Part shown: positions 11,370 through 23,275 of the stretch, one piece after another
Numbering within the stretch: the first letter of the stretch is position 1
Layout of the letters: each line of letters starts with the position of its first letter
NCBI RefSeq assembly: GCF_006345805.1
Contig: NW_021826271.1
Span: forward strand, 1-37,397
Source: Octopus sinensis
Taxonomy: Eukaryota
Direction of reading: 5' to 3'
DNA length: 37,397 nt
The notes under the pieces: model-generated
Seen by the model: only the letters and a program-made list of their open reading frames with translations
Databases searched by the model: none
What the model was told of the DNA's origin: nothing
Position numbers and translations under genes: made by a program

Positions 11370-12601
11370 CATACATACACACATATATAATAGTTTGTAG
11401 CTGGGGTCCAGCATTGATTCAGTTCCTTGTTGAATGTGTGTATGCTTATGTCTATGTGTGTGTGTATAATATATATATATATATTATATATATATATATA
11501 TATATATTATATGTCTTTGTTTTTTATGTATAATTTTGTGATATTATAAACCACGTGTTTATTGATGGATTGTTATAGTTTTTTGCTTATAGCACTGAAA
11601 TTCAAAACCAATTTTTACTTGTATAGTGATATATCTACATTTTTTTTTGTTTTGAAAAAAAAAAATCATCTTTCTGTACTTAGTAACCCTGTCTTTTAGT
11701 ATTACATATATTTTGTTTTGTTTTTTTTGTCATAGCTACTTGAATATATGTTTTCTAAACTTTTTCTCCTTTTCTTTTGGGATATCCAATATGTATTGTC
11801 TTTCATATATTCATTTTACCTTTTTTTCTGTCAGATATATTTTCACTCATTACTTCAGAAAGAAAATGAGTGCAAAACAAAGCAAAAAAAAAAAAAAAAA
11901 AATTATGATGCATTGTCTTTCAGTGAAGTCCAACTCCAGTCCAAATGATTCCGTCTTAGTGCTGCTTCTTTTTTTCTTTGTTTTTCTATTTTTTTTGTTA
12001 AATATAACAATTTAGACTTTCAAAAATGTCTAAGTCTGCTGTTGTCCTATTTAAAATATTTTTCTTTTTCTTTATTTTCTTTTTTTTTTTTTTTTTTTTT
12101 TTTTGCAACTATATTTTTCGGTCCAATCTCAGTGTTCGTTCTGATATTTTACACGATGTTAACTTTTGACTTTCAAGTGTATTATTGTACACTCTCATGT
12201 ACCCGTGAAAGACGCATTTTACTTTAGCATTTAAACGCATACACACACACACATACACACATTTATATATACATACATGGCATCATATACTTGTTGGCAA
12301 GTCAAGTACCGCATTAGTTCAAATGTAATAACAACATGCATACATACATACATGCAAATATAAACACACAATGCACATATGCATTATTGCATTTGTTGTC
12401 CAGAACCATAGTGGTTCGAACCAAGTAAAGGTCATTTATCATTTTTTTACTTTTACTTTTATATGTTCAGTCTTTCTCTCTTTCTCCACTCTATCTCTCT
12501 ATATATATGTGTGTATATGTATGTGTGTGTATATATATATATTATATATATATATATATACATACACACATATATATATATATATATACACACACACATA
12601 C

Positions 12602-12629
<28 letters not shown>

Positions 12630-12638
<9 letters not shown>

Positions 12639-13468
12639 CATTTATATATATGTTTGTATATATATGTATATATGTTCGTATATATGTATATATATATATA
12701 TATGTGTGTGCACACATACACATACACACACACTTGGATACATGCATTCTGGCTATACTCTTTCCCTTCTACTTACCTCAAAGAAATATTTTAGGTTACT
12801 AATTTTTACCTAATGAATATTTTCTTATTTTGTTTTTTCTTTATAATATTTAAACAAATTATCATTAGTAATATGTAATTATTTCTTTTCCCTACACCCT
12901 CCACTTTTAATAACATCCGGTGACACAAGTTTTGTAGATATACATACTCTTTCTGGTGCTTTGTTACTCTAAAACAAAAAAAGTGAAGAAAATAAAAGAA
13001 AAAAACACAAACAAAACCTACTATCTGCCTCATTTGATCTCACTTGAATCCTATTCTGAAGTGAAAAAGAAAGAAAAAAAATATGATTAGTTTATTTTCA
13101 TTCTAAAATACATTCTGAACCAAAATATTAGTTAGAAATATTTTTTAACTAATTTCACTTTCATATTGTCAAATTCCATTTCATTTTCAAAACTGTTCTT
13201 TTTATCCAATATCAAAGAAAAAAAACAACAAAAAATGTCCATTTATTTTGTTCAGTTTTTTTTTCTTTCTTTATACATCACCCACAAAACATCTTTGATT
13301 TTATTTTATTCAAATGTATTGTGTAAATATAAAGTTATATTATTATACAAAACAAAATTTATTATTAATAATAAAAATACCCTATTTTATCAATTTTTCT
13401 GTTATATAACAAAGAAATAATATAATTCCAAAAATATCTATTTCATGTTATCTTATTAACAAGTGTTT

Positions 13469-13505
<37 letters not shown>

Positions 13506-15126
13506 CATTATTGTTTTGCTTGTAAATTTGATGCTGGTTTAAAAATCCATTATTAACATGTATTATAGTTTTTAAAATTTATTTATTTGGATTGAATACA
13601 GTTAATGATGTAATTTCAAAAGAATCATTTTTAATCATTCTTATAATGTTTGAATTAACATTTTCAACATATTTACATCATCATGCTTGAGTATATTCAA
13701 AAAAAAGAAGTAAAGGTAATGTGTTCAGTTTTTTTTCAGTCATGTTTTGAGTATACACATATATACACTCTTCCACATTCGTATATGTGCATGTATAAGT
13801 GGAGTGTGTGTGTATATGTATGTATATATATGTGGTGTGTATATTTGTGTATGCAATATATGTGTATGTACATATATATATATATTATATATATATATAC
13901 ATTTATATATATGTTTGTATATATATGTATATATGTTCGTATATATGTATATATATATATATGTGTGTGCACACATACAATACACACACACTTGGATACA
14001 TGCATTCTGGCTATACTCTTTCCCTTCTACTTACCTCAAAGAAATATTTTAGGTTACTAATTTTTACCTAATGAATATTTTCTTATTTTGTCTTTTTCTT
14101 TATAATATTTAAACAAATTATCATTAGTAATATGTAATTATTTCTTTTCCCTACACCCTCCACTTTTAATAACATCCGGTGACACAAGTTTTGTAGATAT
14201 ACATACTCTTTCTGGTGCTTTGTTACTCTTAAAACAAAAAAAGTGAAGAAAATAAAAGAAAAAAACACAAACAAAACCTACTATCTGCCTCATTTGATCT
14301 CACTTGAATCCTATTCTGAAGTGAAAAAGAAAAGAAAAAAATATGATTAGTTTATTTTTCATTCTAAAATACATTCTGAAACCAAAATATTAGTTAGAAA
14401 TATTTTTTAACTAATTTCACTTTCATATTGTCAAATTCCATTTCATTTTCAAAACTGTTCTTTTTATCCAATATCAAAGAAAAAAAACAACAAAAAATGT
14501 CCATTTATTTTGTTCAGTTTTTTTTCTTTCTTTATACATCACCCACAAAACATCTTTGATTTTATTTTATTCAAATGTATTGTGTAAATATAAAGTTATA
14601 TTATTATACAAAACAAAATTTATTATTAATAATAAAAATACCCTATTTTATCAATTTTTCTGTTATATAACAAAGAAATAATATAATTCCAAAAATATCT
14701 ATTTCATGTTATCTTATTAACAAGTGTTTTCATTATTATTATATTATTATTATTATTATATTATCATTATTGTTTTGCTTGTAAATTTGATGCTGGTTTA
14801 AAAATCCATTATTAACATGTATTATAGTTTTTAAAATTTATTTATTTGGATTGAATACAGTTAATGATGTAATTTCAAAAGAATCATTTTTAATCATTCT
14901 TATAATGTTTGAATTAACATTTTCAACATATTTACATCATCATGCTTGAGTATATTCAAAAAAAAGAAGTAAAGGTAATGTGTTCAGTTTTTTTTCAGTC
15001 ATGTTTTGAGTATACACATATATACACTCTTCCACATTCGTATATGTGCATGTATAAGTGGAGTGTGTGTGTATATGTATGTATATATATGTGGTGTGTA
15101 TATTTGTGTATGCATATATATGTGTA

Positions 15127-15150
<24 letters not shown>
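12630..15150 (+). repeat. Direct tandem duplication, two ~1.26 kb units
   Basis: Paired ORFs are offset by 1258-1259 nt (12802/14060, 12794/14052, 13683/14942). Units are nearly identical and bounded by (TA)n runs. Confidence 0.95.
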
Positions 15151-15174
<24 letters not shown>

Positions 15175-15292
15175 CTTATATATATATATATATATATATA
15201 TATTGGTAATGGTTGGAAGCAGGAAGAGAATCCAACCATAAAACCCTGCATCAATTAATTCCTCAGCCAAACCCATGTTAACTTGGAAAAAA

Positions 15293-15339
<47 letters not shown>

Positions 15340-15544
15340 GTATGTATTTGTGTGTGTGTATGTAAATACACATCCACCCAAGTATGCATGCACATTTATT
15401 TGCATAAGCTTCTTTGATTTTAACTTGGATATCTTTTTTTTTCCCCACCTCTTTCTTTCAAGTCTGTCAATTTACACAACTTCTGGCAAAGTCATTAGAG
15501 CATCAAAAGAGTACCTCATTTTTGCTCCAGGTTTTTGTTTTTAA

Positions 15545-16090
15545 ATTTTTACATTCTGAGTTCATGATGCACCAAAGGCAACTTTGCTTCTTATCCCTCT
15601 GGGAGTCAATAAAATAAAGTACCGGTGAAGTATGAAGTGTTAATGTTCATGTAACTCACTAACCCTTCTAAAAATTGCTTCCCTTATGCCCTTGTTAGAA
15701 AGAGTTAATATTATTAGGACAATAGAGGGGTAAAATTAAAAGAGTACAACACTAAATGTTTTGTGGTATTTATCATATGTTCCTTTACATTGTGAGTTAA
15801 AGTCCTGTTACGGCTGACTTTCGCTTTTATCCAGGGTCGATAAATTAAGTGCAGATCATGCACCAGGGCTTGTTATAGTCATTCTTCATCCTTCCCTAAT
15901 ATTCAGCTTTTTTTGCCATATTTCAATAGTTTATTAATACTATTTTCATTGTTGTTGTTGCTTTCTTTTATATGAGCTGTTTCAAGTCTCACTCAGAGAC
16001 CTTAAGTATCAGCCAGTTGGACATTTTACTATAGGTGTTATCTATAAATAGCAATGATATATTCTGCAAGGAGACCAAAATCTGAGAACT

Positions 16091-16127
<37 letters not shown>

Positions 16128-16658
16128 TATGAAAGTAGTGCTGCCAAAGTTGATGTTGCCTTTTTGGGGATCAATAAAATATGTACCAGTGAAACACTGG
16201 GGTCGATGCCATTGGCTAGTCCCCTCTGCAAAAATTTCCGGCTTTGTGCCTTTAGTAGAAAGGATTATTATTATTGTTGTTGTTGTTGTTGTTATTAAGG
16301 CAGTGCTGCTGAGGTCAACTTTGCCTTTCATCCTTTTGGGGTTGATTAAATAAGTACCAGTTACGCACTGGGATCAGTGTAATTGACTTATCCCTCCTCT
16401 GAAATTGCTGGCTTTGTGCCAAAACTTGAAAGCATTATTACAAAGGCAACGATCTGGTAGAGTTGTTAGTACGTTGTATAAAATGTTTAGCTGTTTTTCT
16501 GAGTCCAGATTTCACCAAGGTCAACCTTTCATCTTTTTGGGGGTCAATAAAATGAGTACCAGTCAAGCACTTGGATCAGTCTAATCAGCTAATCTCCTCT
16601 TCCAAAATTTCAAGCCTTGTGCCTATAGTAGAAAGAATTATTATTATTATTATTATTA

Positions 16659-16698
<40 letters not shown>

Positions 16699-16920
16699 GG
16701 CAGTGAGCTGCTAAAATCATTAGCATGCTGGACAAAATGCTTAGCTACATTTTGTTTGTCTTTATGTTCTGAGTTCAAGTACTGCCAAGGTTGACTTTGC
16801 CTTTCATCCTTTCAGTGTCGATGAAATAAGTACCAATCAAGTGCTGGGGGGTGGGGGTGATATAATTGACTAGTCCCCCTTCTCCAAAATTTCAGGCCTT
16901 GTGCCTATAGAAGACATGAT
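15545..16920 (+). mobile_element. Head-to-tail cluster of ~6 copies of a second tRNA-derived SINE, (ATT)n spacers
   Basis: Recurrent unit AAGG..GAGCTGGCAGAATC.TTAG (A-box) .. GAGTTCAAATTCC (B-box) ..GGTTGACTTTGCCTTTCATCCTTT..ATAAGTACCAGT..GGCCTTGTGCC, starting at ~15550, 15720, 16131, 16297, 16443 and 16697. Confidence 0.8.
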
Positions 16921-16934
16921 TATTATCATATAAT

Positions 16935-17343
16935 AGAACACAAAAGTTTGGATTGATAAGGTTTTACTAAGGGTGTGGGCAGTACTTGTCAACACAATCT
17001 TTTGGATTTCTTTGAGATATGGTTCCCCTCGGATGTTTAGATGTTTTTGACATCTTTTTTTTTTTATTATATCTAGGACACCTACAATAACAGGAAGAGT
17101 TTTTGCTTAAAGATGACACATTTTTTTTTGTATTTCAACTTCCAGGTCCTTATATTTATTAAGCTTGTCAAATTCCTTTACAGATATATTTTTATTAGTG
17201 AGGCCACTTACATCTATCAATCTACAAATATTTTCTTTCCTGTCTTTAATAATGTCTGGTCAATTAGTCCAGATTCTTCTGTCAGTATTGACTGGGACAT
17301 CCCAGAAGATGATGACATTTTTACCTTTAACTCAGGATGGTGT
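16935..17343 (-). mobile_element. Fragment of an RLE (restriction-like endonuclease) non-LTR retrotransposon, R4/Dong-like
   Basis: Manual minus-strand translation: VIIFWDVPVNTDRRIWTN*PDIIKDRKENICRLIDVSGLTNKNISVKEFDKLNKYKDLEVEIQKKMCHL*AKTLPVIVGVL, then a frameshift, then EPYLKEIQKIVLTSTAHTLSKTLSI. This is the WD..TD..NRPD..LID..KE..K..KY.DL..EI..P.I.G.L..IQK.VL C-terminal endonuclease signature. It is flanked by ATT/TAA repeats. Confidence 0.88.
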
Positions 17344-17519
17344 TTATTATTATTATAATTATTATTATTGCTATCACCTGATATTTTGGAATAAAAAGAA
17401 AAGTATAAATATTTGACCAGTCAACTTTATGGTTCTACAAAGGTAAACTCTTTTACTTCAGTCATTTGAATTTAGGATTAAATTACCATCATCACCACCA
17501 TGAGCCAACAAGGAAGCCT

Positions 17520-17725
17520 CTATGCAAATACTTGAAGTGCTAGAAATGGTGATCAAAACTCCATCACATCTTAATCCTACTGTCTTAAAAAATGATAAGG
17601 ACACATTAGATAATGTAGTCCTAGATATCCTTTAATAAAAAAAAAAAATGAAATGATCACAGTTGGAATGGCCTTTGACTATAGGTCAGCTCAGTCAGAT
17701 TGACCTTGGGCTAAACAATAACAGC
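17520..17725. repeat. Unclassified interspersed repeat (copy ~18450-18655)
   Basis: gtctta..gacacattagataatgtagtcctagata..cagt..ggaat..cctttga..caggt shared between the loci. Confidence 0.55.
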
Positions 17726-17844
17726 AAAGATAAAAACCACCACTTTTGCTAGCAGATGAATTTCACTGTAATTTTTTGCACCCACTTCGATTTATATATT
17801 CACACAAAAAAATTAATGTTAGCAATGAAATCCTTTTATCTTGT

Positions 17845-18190
17845 TTTAGTCATTGGACTGCAGCCATACTGGGGTACCTCCTTGAAGGGTTTTTTGTTGA
17901 ATAATTTGACCTCAGCACTTATTTTTTAAGTCTCTGGTATTTATTCTCTCATTCTCTTTTGCTGAACCACTATGTTACAGGGATGTAAACAAACCACTCC
18001 AGCTGTCAGGCGATGGGAAGGGTGTCAGACAGACACATGCACATATATATGCACAGTTTCCATCTATTTATATTCACTCACAAGATATTTCTCAGCCTGG
18101 GGTTACAGTAGAAGATACCCAAGGTGCTGCATGATGAGGCTGATCCTAAAACAGCATAGTTGCAAAGTGAGCTGCAAACTGGTGAATTAA
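17845..18190 (-). mobile_element. Same SINE family, diverged full-length copy
   Basis: gtcattggactgcagccatactgg..ctatgttacagggatgtaaac..cagtttccatctattta..cactcacaag..tagtagaagatacccaaggtgc. Confidence 0.7.
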
Positions 18191-18897
18191 TTTGAACTTC
18201 AGTATATTAAACTGTTAAATATAAGCTGGCAAGAATGAGTAGTACCCCTAATTCAAAAGGCCAGCTTTGTCACATCTGTGTCATACTGTCTCCCTGAGAA
18301 CTACATTAAGGATACACGCATCAATGGAGTGCTCAATGACTTGGACATTTATTTCATGAGCAGGCTTTTCTGTTGATTGGATCAACTGGAACCCTCATCG
18401 TTGTAACCGAGTGCCAGAGACAAGTGAAAGAAGTATCAGTACAGTTACTTGATTGGTGAACAAAAGCGTCCAAATATCCTTCAAATCTTGCCTCATTGTC
18501 TTACAAGAAAAAAGAGACACATGGATAATGTAGTCGTAGATATGTTTTGCTTACAAAAGTAGATCAATTAAATAGATGGGACAGTCATATCTGGAATTAC
18601 TTTCATCACAGGTTTACTGAATCAGGACTCACCTGGTTAAATAGTGATAACAAAATATTTTAAAAATTAATTCCACCCAGGTTGACTTTGCCTTTCATCT
18701 GCTCGGGGTTGATAAATCAAGTACCAGTTGCGTACTGGGGTCGATCTGATTGATTGACCCCCTTCCCCAAAATTTCGGGCCTTGTGCCTAGAGTAGTACA
18801 GAATATTTTTTAAATTGTTTTAATACAATATTGAAAAAAAAACTGTTTGACACTGTCTTGTAATCAACCATGCTTGTTAGTAGTTAATTAGATCTAT

Positions 18898-19385
18898 CAT
18901 CATCATCATCATTTAACATCTATTGTCCGTGCTGGCATGAGTTGGACAGTTTGACTAGAGTTGGCAAGCTGGGGAGTTGTACCAGGTTCCATCCTCATTT
19001 GGCTTTGTTTCTATGGCTGGATGCTCTTCCTAATGCCAACTACTTTACAGAGTGTGCTGGGTGCCTGAATGTAGCTCTACAAGGGCGCTTTTAAGTGGAG
19101 CTGCATTGAGTGCTTTTAGGTGGCATTGCATGGGTACTTTTACTTGGCACCACACAAGCGCTTTTATGTGGCTTTTTCACAGGCTCCTTTACACGGCACT
19201 GCACGGGTGCTTTTATGTGATATTGCACAGGCACTTTTACATAGCACCAGCACAGGTCTCTTGAGGTCAATCCTCACCAGAGGACCAGTATTTAACACTT
19301 CTTCTGAGGAGTACAGGTCTTCTTGAGTACAGCAAGGCACCAGGCATCTTGGTCTTTTGTCATCTTGTCTGAAAGGTTCAGCATC
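18898..19385 (-). mobile_element. RTE 3' UTR copy
   Basis: catcatcatcatttaacatc..tgctggcatgagttggacagtttgac..ggatgctcttcctaatgccaac is the reverse complement of the RTE 3' end. Confidence 0.75.
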
Positions 19386-20229
19386 CTTGGGTCATTAATA
19401 AAATAAAAAATTGTAAATAAGTGTAAATGTGTTTATGTTCCTTGACAGTTTATAAACAATGTAACCCTTTTTTTTTTTCTTTTTCTGTGATAATTGGTAA
19501 AAGTAAAACATTCGATTTTAAGGACTGGAATAAATTTTAATATCAGAAAGCCTTATTTATGATAGGAAGTTATAAAAATGTAAACTGATTCCTTTCTTGC
19601 TTTCAATTTGTGAATAAAAAGAAAGATGGGGTATGGGTTGACTTAAAGCAGACCAGTTCACAGTTTGTTGATTGCTTTTCAGACATACCCACTTACTTTC
19701 TCCAATCAATAGCACTAGATATACTATATAAAACAGTCAAGAATTATGCTATTACTATAGTGGATAGCTTAATTTGCATATTTCTATTTTACACATTCAC
19801 AGTTTTAATATTTATTACTGTTTTCTGTTCTATACAAATCCTTTGATATAGCCATATCCTTTTTCTCTTATTAATAATGCTACAGCTTTACATTTTGTTT
19901 AAGACTTTAGTTTTTGATCTAGAATAAAGAAATGACATTTAAAACTGTTGAGCAGTAGATAAAAAAATGGGGGTCAGGACAAAGGAAGTTTTCCACTAGA
20001 TGAAGTGTATTACATCCATAACAACTGGAGGTGAGGAGCTATCTATTTTGCTTGATTCTAATCTCATATTAATCCCATGTGATCTATGAAGATGCCCTGA
20101 TTGCAAAAATTCTTCTGAAATGGAAATGTTATTAGCTATTACACATTTCTCAATGAAAATTACTACTATTAATGGTTGGATGCGTGATGATTATAGTGAT
20201 AGCAGTGAAGGTAATGATGAATCAACAGT

Positions 20230-20234
20230 GAAAC

Positions 20235-20265
<31 letters not shown>

Positions 20266-20600
20266 CCTTCAAAGTCAACCTTGGTGGAATTTGAACTCTG
20301 GATGTAAAGCAGGACGAAATGTCACTGAGCATTTTGTCTGGCACACTCACTACCTTTATGATAATAACAATAATAATTCTTTTTTTCCGTTTGGAACATG
20401 GCCATCAATTTTGAGGGGTGGGGTGGTGCAGATCAATTGCATCAACCTCAGTACTTGGCTGGTAATTATTTTATCAACCCCAAAAATTAATGATTCTGCC
20501 AGCTCGCCACCTTAATGATAATAATGATGGTTTCAAATTTTGGCAGAAGGCCAGCAATTTTAGAAGAGAGCTGTAGTTGAATATACCAACTCCTTTTACT
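20230..20600 (-). mobile_element. Reverse-oriented fragments of the ATT-associated SINE with (AAT)n spacers
   Basis: caaagtcaaccttggtggaatttgaactc and gattctgccagctcgccacctt are reverse complements of the B-box and A-box regions. Confidence 0.7.
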
Positions 20601-21111
20601 TATTTACTACAAGAGCACAAAAGAAGAGATATTACAAGGATAGAATTGATCATTAATTCTTCTTCATATTATTATTACTAATAATAATATTCATGGAAAC
20701 TTTTTTGTCTGTTTATTGCAAGACGAAGTTATATGTCTGCTTTTCCCAACATAAATGAAATAAACCAATTAACTGAGAACTAAAATAAATATATAAAAAA
20801 AATGGTATCAGTTGCTAAAAAAAGATTATTCTCACCACTCCATGCCATCCCATCCCTAGGTCTCTATCTTTAGTCAATGAATTGATTTCAGTTAATGAGA
20901 CACACAAGACGCTGTTTAATAGTGATGATATACAAACATCTGTAATAATCTCAGTTACATTATACACTGAATTAGCATTTAAAAGATAATGGTTTCCCAT
21001 TTAAGTGCAAAATATTTTCCTTCACTTGGGTCTTTAAGAAAAAAAATTAATTTAACTTTTTTGCATGTTGTTCACTTCTTTTCATGAGATCTTTTGTCAT
21101 TTAGCCTTTAT

Positions 21112-21425
21112 TTGTTTCAGTCATTGGACTGGAACATTACCTTGATGGGTTTAGTTGGAAAAAAAATTGATCCCAGGACATTTTTTAAAAGTCTTGTATC
21201 GTTTTGTCAGTCTTGTTTGTTGAGCTGCTAAGTTACAGGGGTATAAACAAACTGACGCAGGTTGTCAATTGGAAATGGACATGGTGGAGACAAACACTGA
21301 CTCAAAGGTGCACACAGGCATTGGTTGACCAGAGCTATATTAGAAGACACTTGCTTGAGGTGCCACGCAGTGGGACCAAACTTGAAACCACGTGGTCACA
21401 AAGTATTCATTTTAACCACAGTCAT
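21112..21425 (-). mobile_element. Same SINE family, diverged full-length copy
   Basis: ttgtttcagtcattggact..gctaagttacaggg..agctatattagaagacacttgc..ggtgccacgcagtgggacc. Confidence 0.7.
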
Positions 21426-21706
21426 GCCTGCTAGTTCTTTATTTTGAATGGTCTCCTTTTTCAATGACATTTACAATCAGTACAATATGTCCACCTTTTT
21501 TCTGTAAACTTTGCCCTCAGTTGAATGAAAGGGAAAAGTTGACCTGAATTCAAATCTTGCCATGTTTCAGTTTGTCTTCCTTTGTTCCAGGCTCAGCTAA
21601 TTACTGAATAACCATTTTAATGAACTCTACCTACTCTACCATCTTTCTTTTAAAATTCAATATATTTTTGAAGTTAGAAATTATTAATATTATTACTATT
21701 ATCATT

Positions 21707-22090
21707 AAGGTGGTGAGTTTGCAGAATCATTAGCATGGTGAACAAAAGGCTTAGTGGTATAACTTTACATTCTGAGTTTAAATTCCATGAATGTTGAATT
21801 TACTTTTTATCTTGTTTCAAGGTTGATAAAATAAGAATCTGTCAACTCTAAGGTTGATGTCAACTTGTCTTCTCCCCTCAAAATGGTGAGCTGGAAAATT
21901 TGTTACTATACTGGACAGAATGCTTAGCATTTCTTCTAGCCCTTTATATTTTGAATTTAAATGCCACCAAGGTTGACTTTGCCTTTCATCCTTTCAGGGT
22001 TAATAAAATAAGTGCCAGTTGATTAGGGAGTTGATGTAATTGACCACCTTCTCCCCTAAAATTTCAGGCCTTGTGCCCACAGTAGAATAA
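21707..22090 (+). mobile_element. Tandem pair of the ATT-associated SINE
   Basis: Two successive units beginning aaggtggtgagtttgcagaatc and atggtgagctggaaaatt. Confidence 0.75.
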
Positions 22091-22610
22091 TATATTATCA
22101 TTGTCACATCATTGATAACTGGCATCTTAAATTCATTTGAGTCATAATCTTGGTAAATAAACTTTTTTTTTCTGCTGCTAGAATACAAGACTATCAGCCT
22201 ATATCATTCAAGATTTTTATTTATTTATATTGTCTTCATACACCACCAAACATTTGTATGTTTAGCATTTAGCTGACAGTCATTGATATTTTCAATCATA
22301 ATAGCATATGATTTTATAGTCCTTCAATTGCTTCCAGTTTGTACATGTGGGAAGTTCTGTTGGAGTTACTTGATGTTTTGCCTATTAATTTTTTAACTGT
22401 ATATATAGCAACACAATTCATGAATAGAATGAAAATAGTCACATCTACTTAGGATAAATCTTAGAAATCACATACACACACACACACACACACGTATATG
22501 TGTGTACATATGTATGTCTGTGTGTGTATGTATATATATATATATATATTTCGTTTTTGGATTTGGTTGGCAAGATTCTTTATGTGAGTGTTGAAGCATA
22601 TTCTGTTGTA

Positions 22611-22784
22611 TCTGGGGAGAGTCATTCTCTTTTGGTGCCTTATAATTTAATAAAAGAGTCAAAACTACTGAAAAGGTTGCAAGATGCAACGAAAATTTTA
22701 GAAAAATAAAAAAGAAATAAGTGAAAATTTTACCGGTGAGTGTGTTAAATTATAAGACACCAAAAGAGAATGACTCTCCCCAGA
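22611..22784. repeat. 40-bp inverted repeat (39/40 match) with 94-nt spacer
   Basis: 22611-22650 tctggggagagtcattctcttttggtgccttataatttaa versus the reverse complement of 22745-22784. Confidence 0.9.
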
Positions 22785-22929
22785 CACTACACACACACAC
22801 TACACATGAATCATTAAGATGTTTCCAAGTCATTTTTAATCAAATAAGCACCATATACACACACATGCATTTTTACAAGTTTCCTTATTTCATGCTTATA
22901 TTTCTCCAAGAGTATGAAATATATTGTCA

Positions 22930-23275
22930 TATGGGCAGTTAGTATACATCTGACGTGTAACATATGGGGAGCTTCTGTAGGTATAATGTATATAACATAC
23001 GTACAGCTAGTGTAGTTAATATAATATATATCACCTATAGGCTGCTAGTATGCATCTTTTTTCTATAGCCAGTTTGTGTAGATCTTATAATATATAACTT
23101 ATGGGAAACTGGAATAAACATCATGTATTGCATACAGGCAGCTTGTGTTGATATAATGATATATAACATATGCTGTTTTATGTATAAGTTTTTGTCAGTT
23201 TTATATGGGCAGATAGTGTAAATCTTGTAAAATGTAACTTATGAGCAGCCTGTGTAGATCTTATATAATAACATG
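22930..23275. repeat. Degenerate ~33-38 bp minisatellite, ~10 units
   Basis: Consensus approximately ATATGGGCAGCTTGTGTAGATCTTATAATATATAAC. Confidence 0.7.

Noticed and set aside
7750-15617. Dozens of [12 protein letters not shown]-rich ORFs (also 238-429, 2686-2922, 30035-30978)
   Set aside because: They are translations of (TA)n/(CA)n microsatellites, which lack stop codons in several frames.
16038-16353. Poly-Ile ORFs (also 20120-20515, 25482-25670, 34850-35101)
   Set aside because: They are (ATT)n tracts plus SINE sequence.
17077-17358. Plus-strand open frame with an apparent acceptor, looking like an exon (..SIDWDIPEDDDIFTF..)
   Set aside because: It is the antisense shadow of the R4/Dong-like endonuclease on the minus strand.
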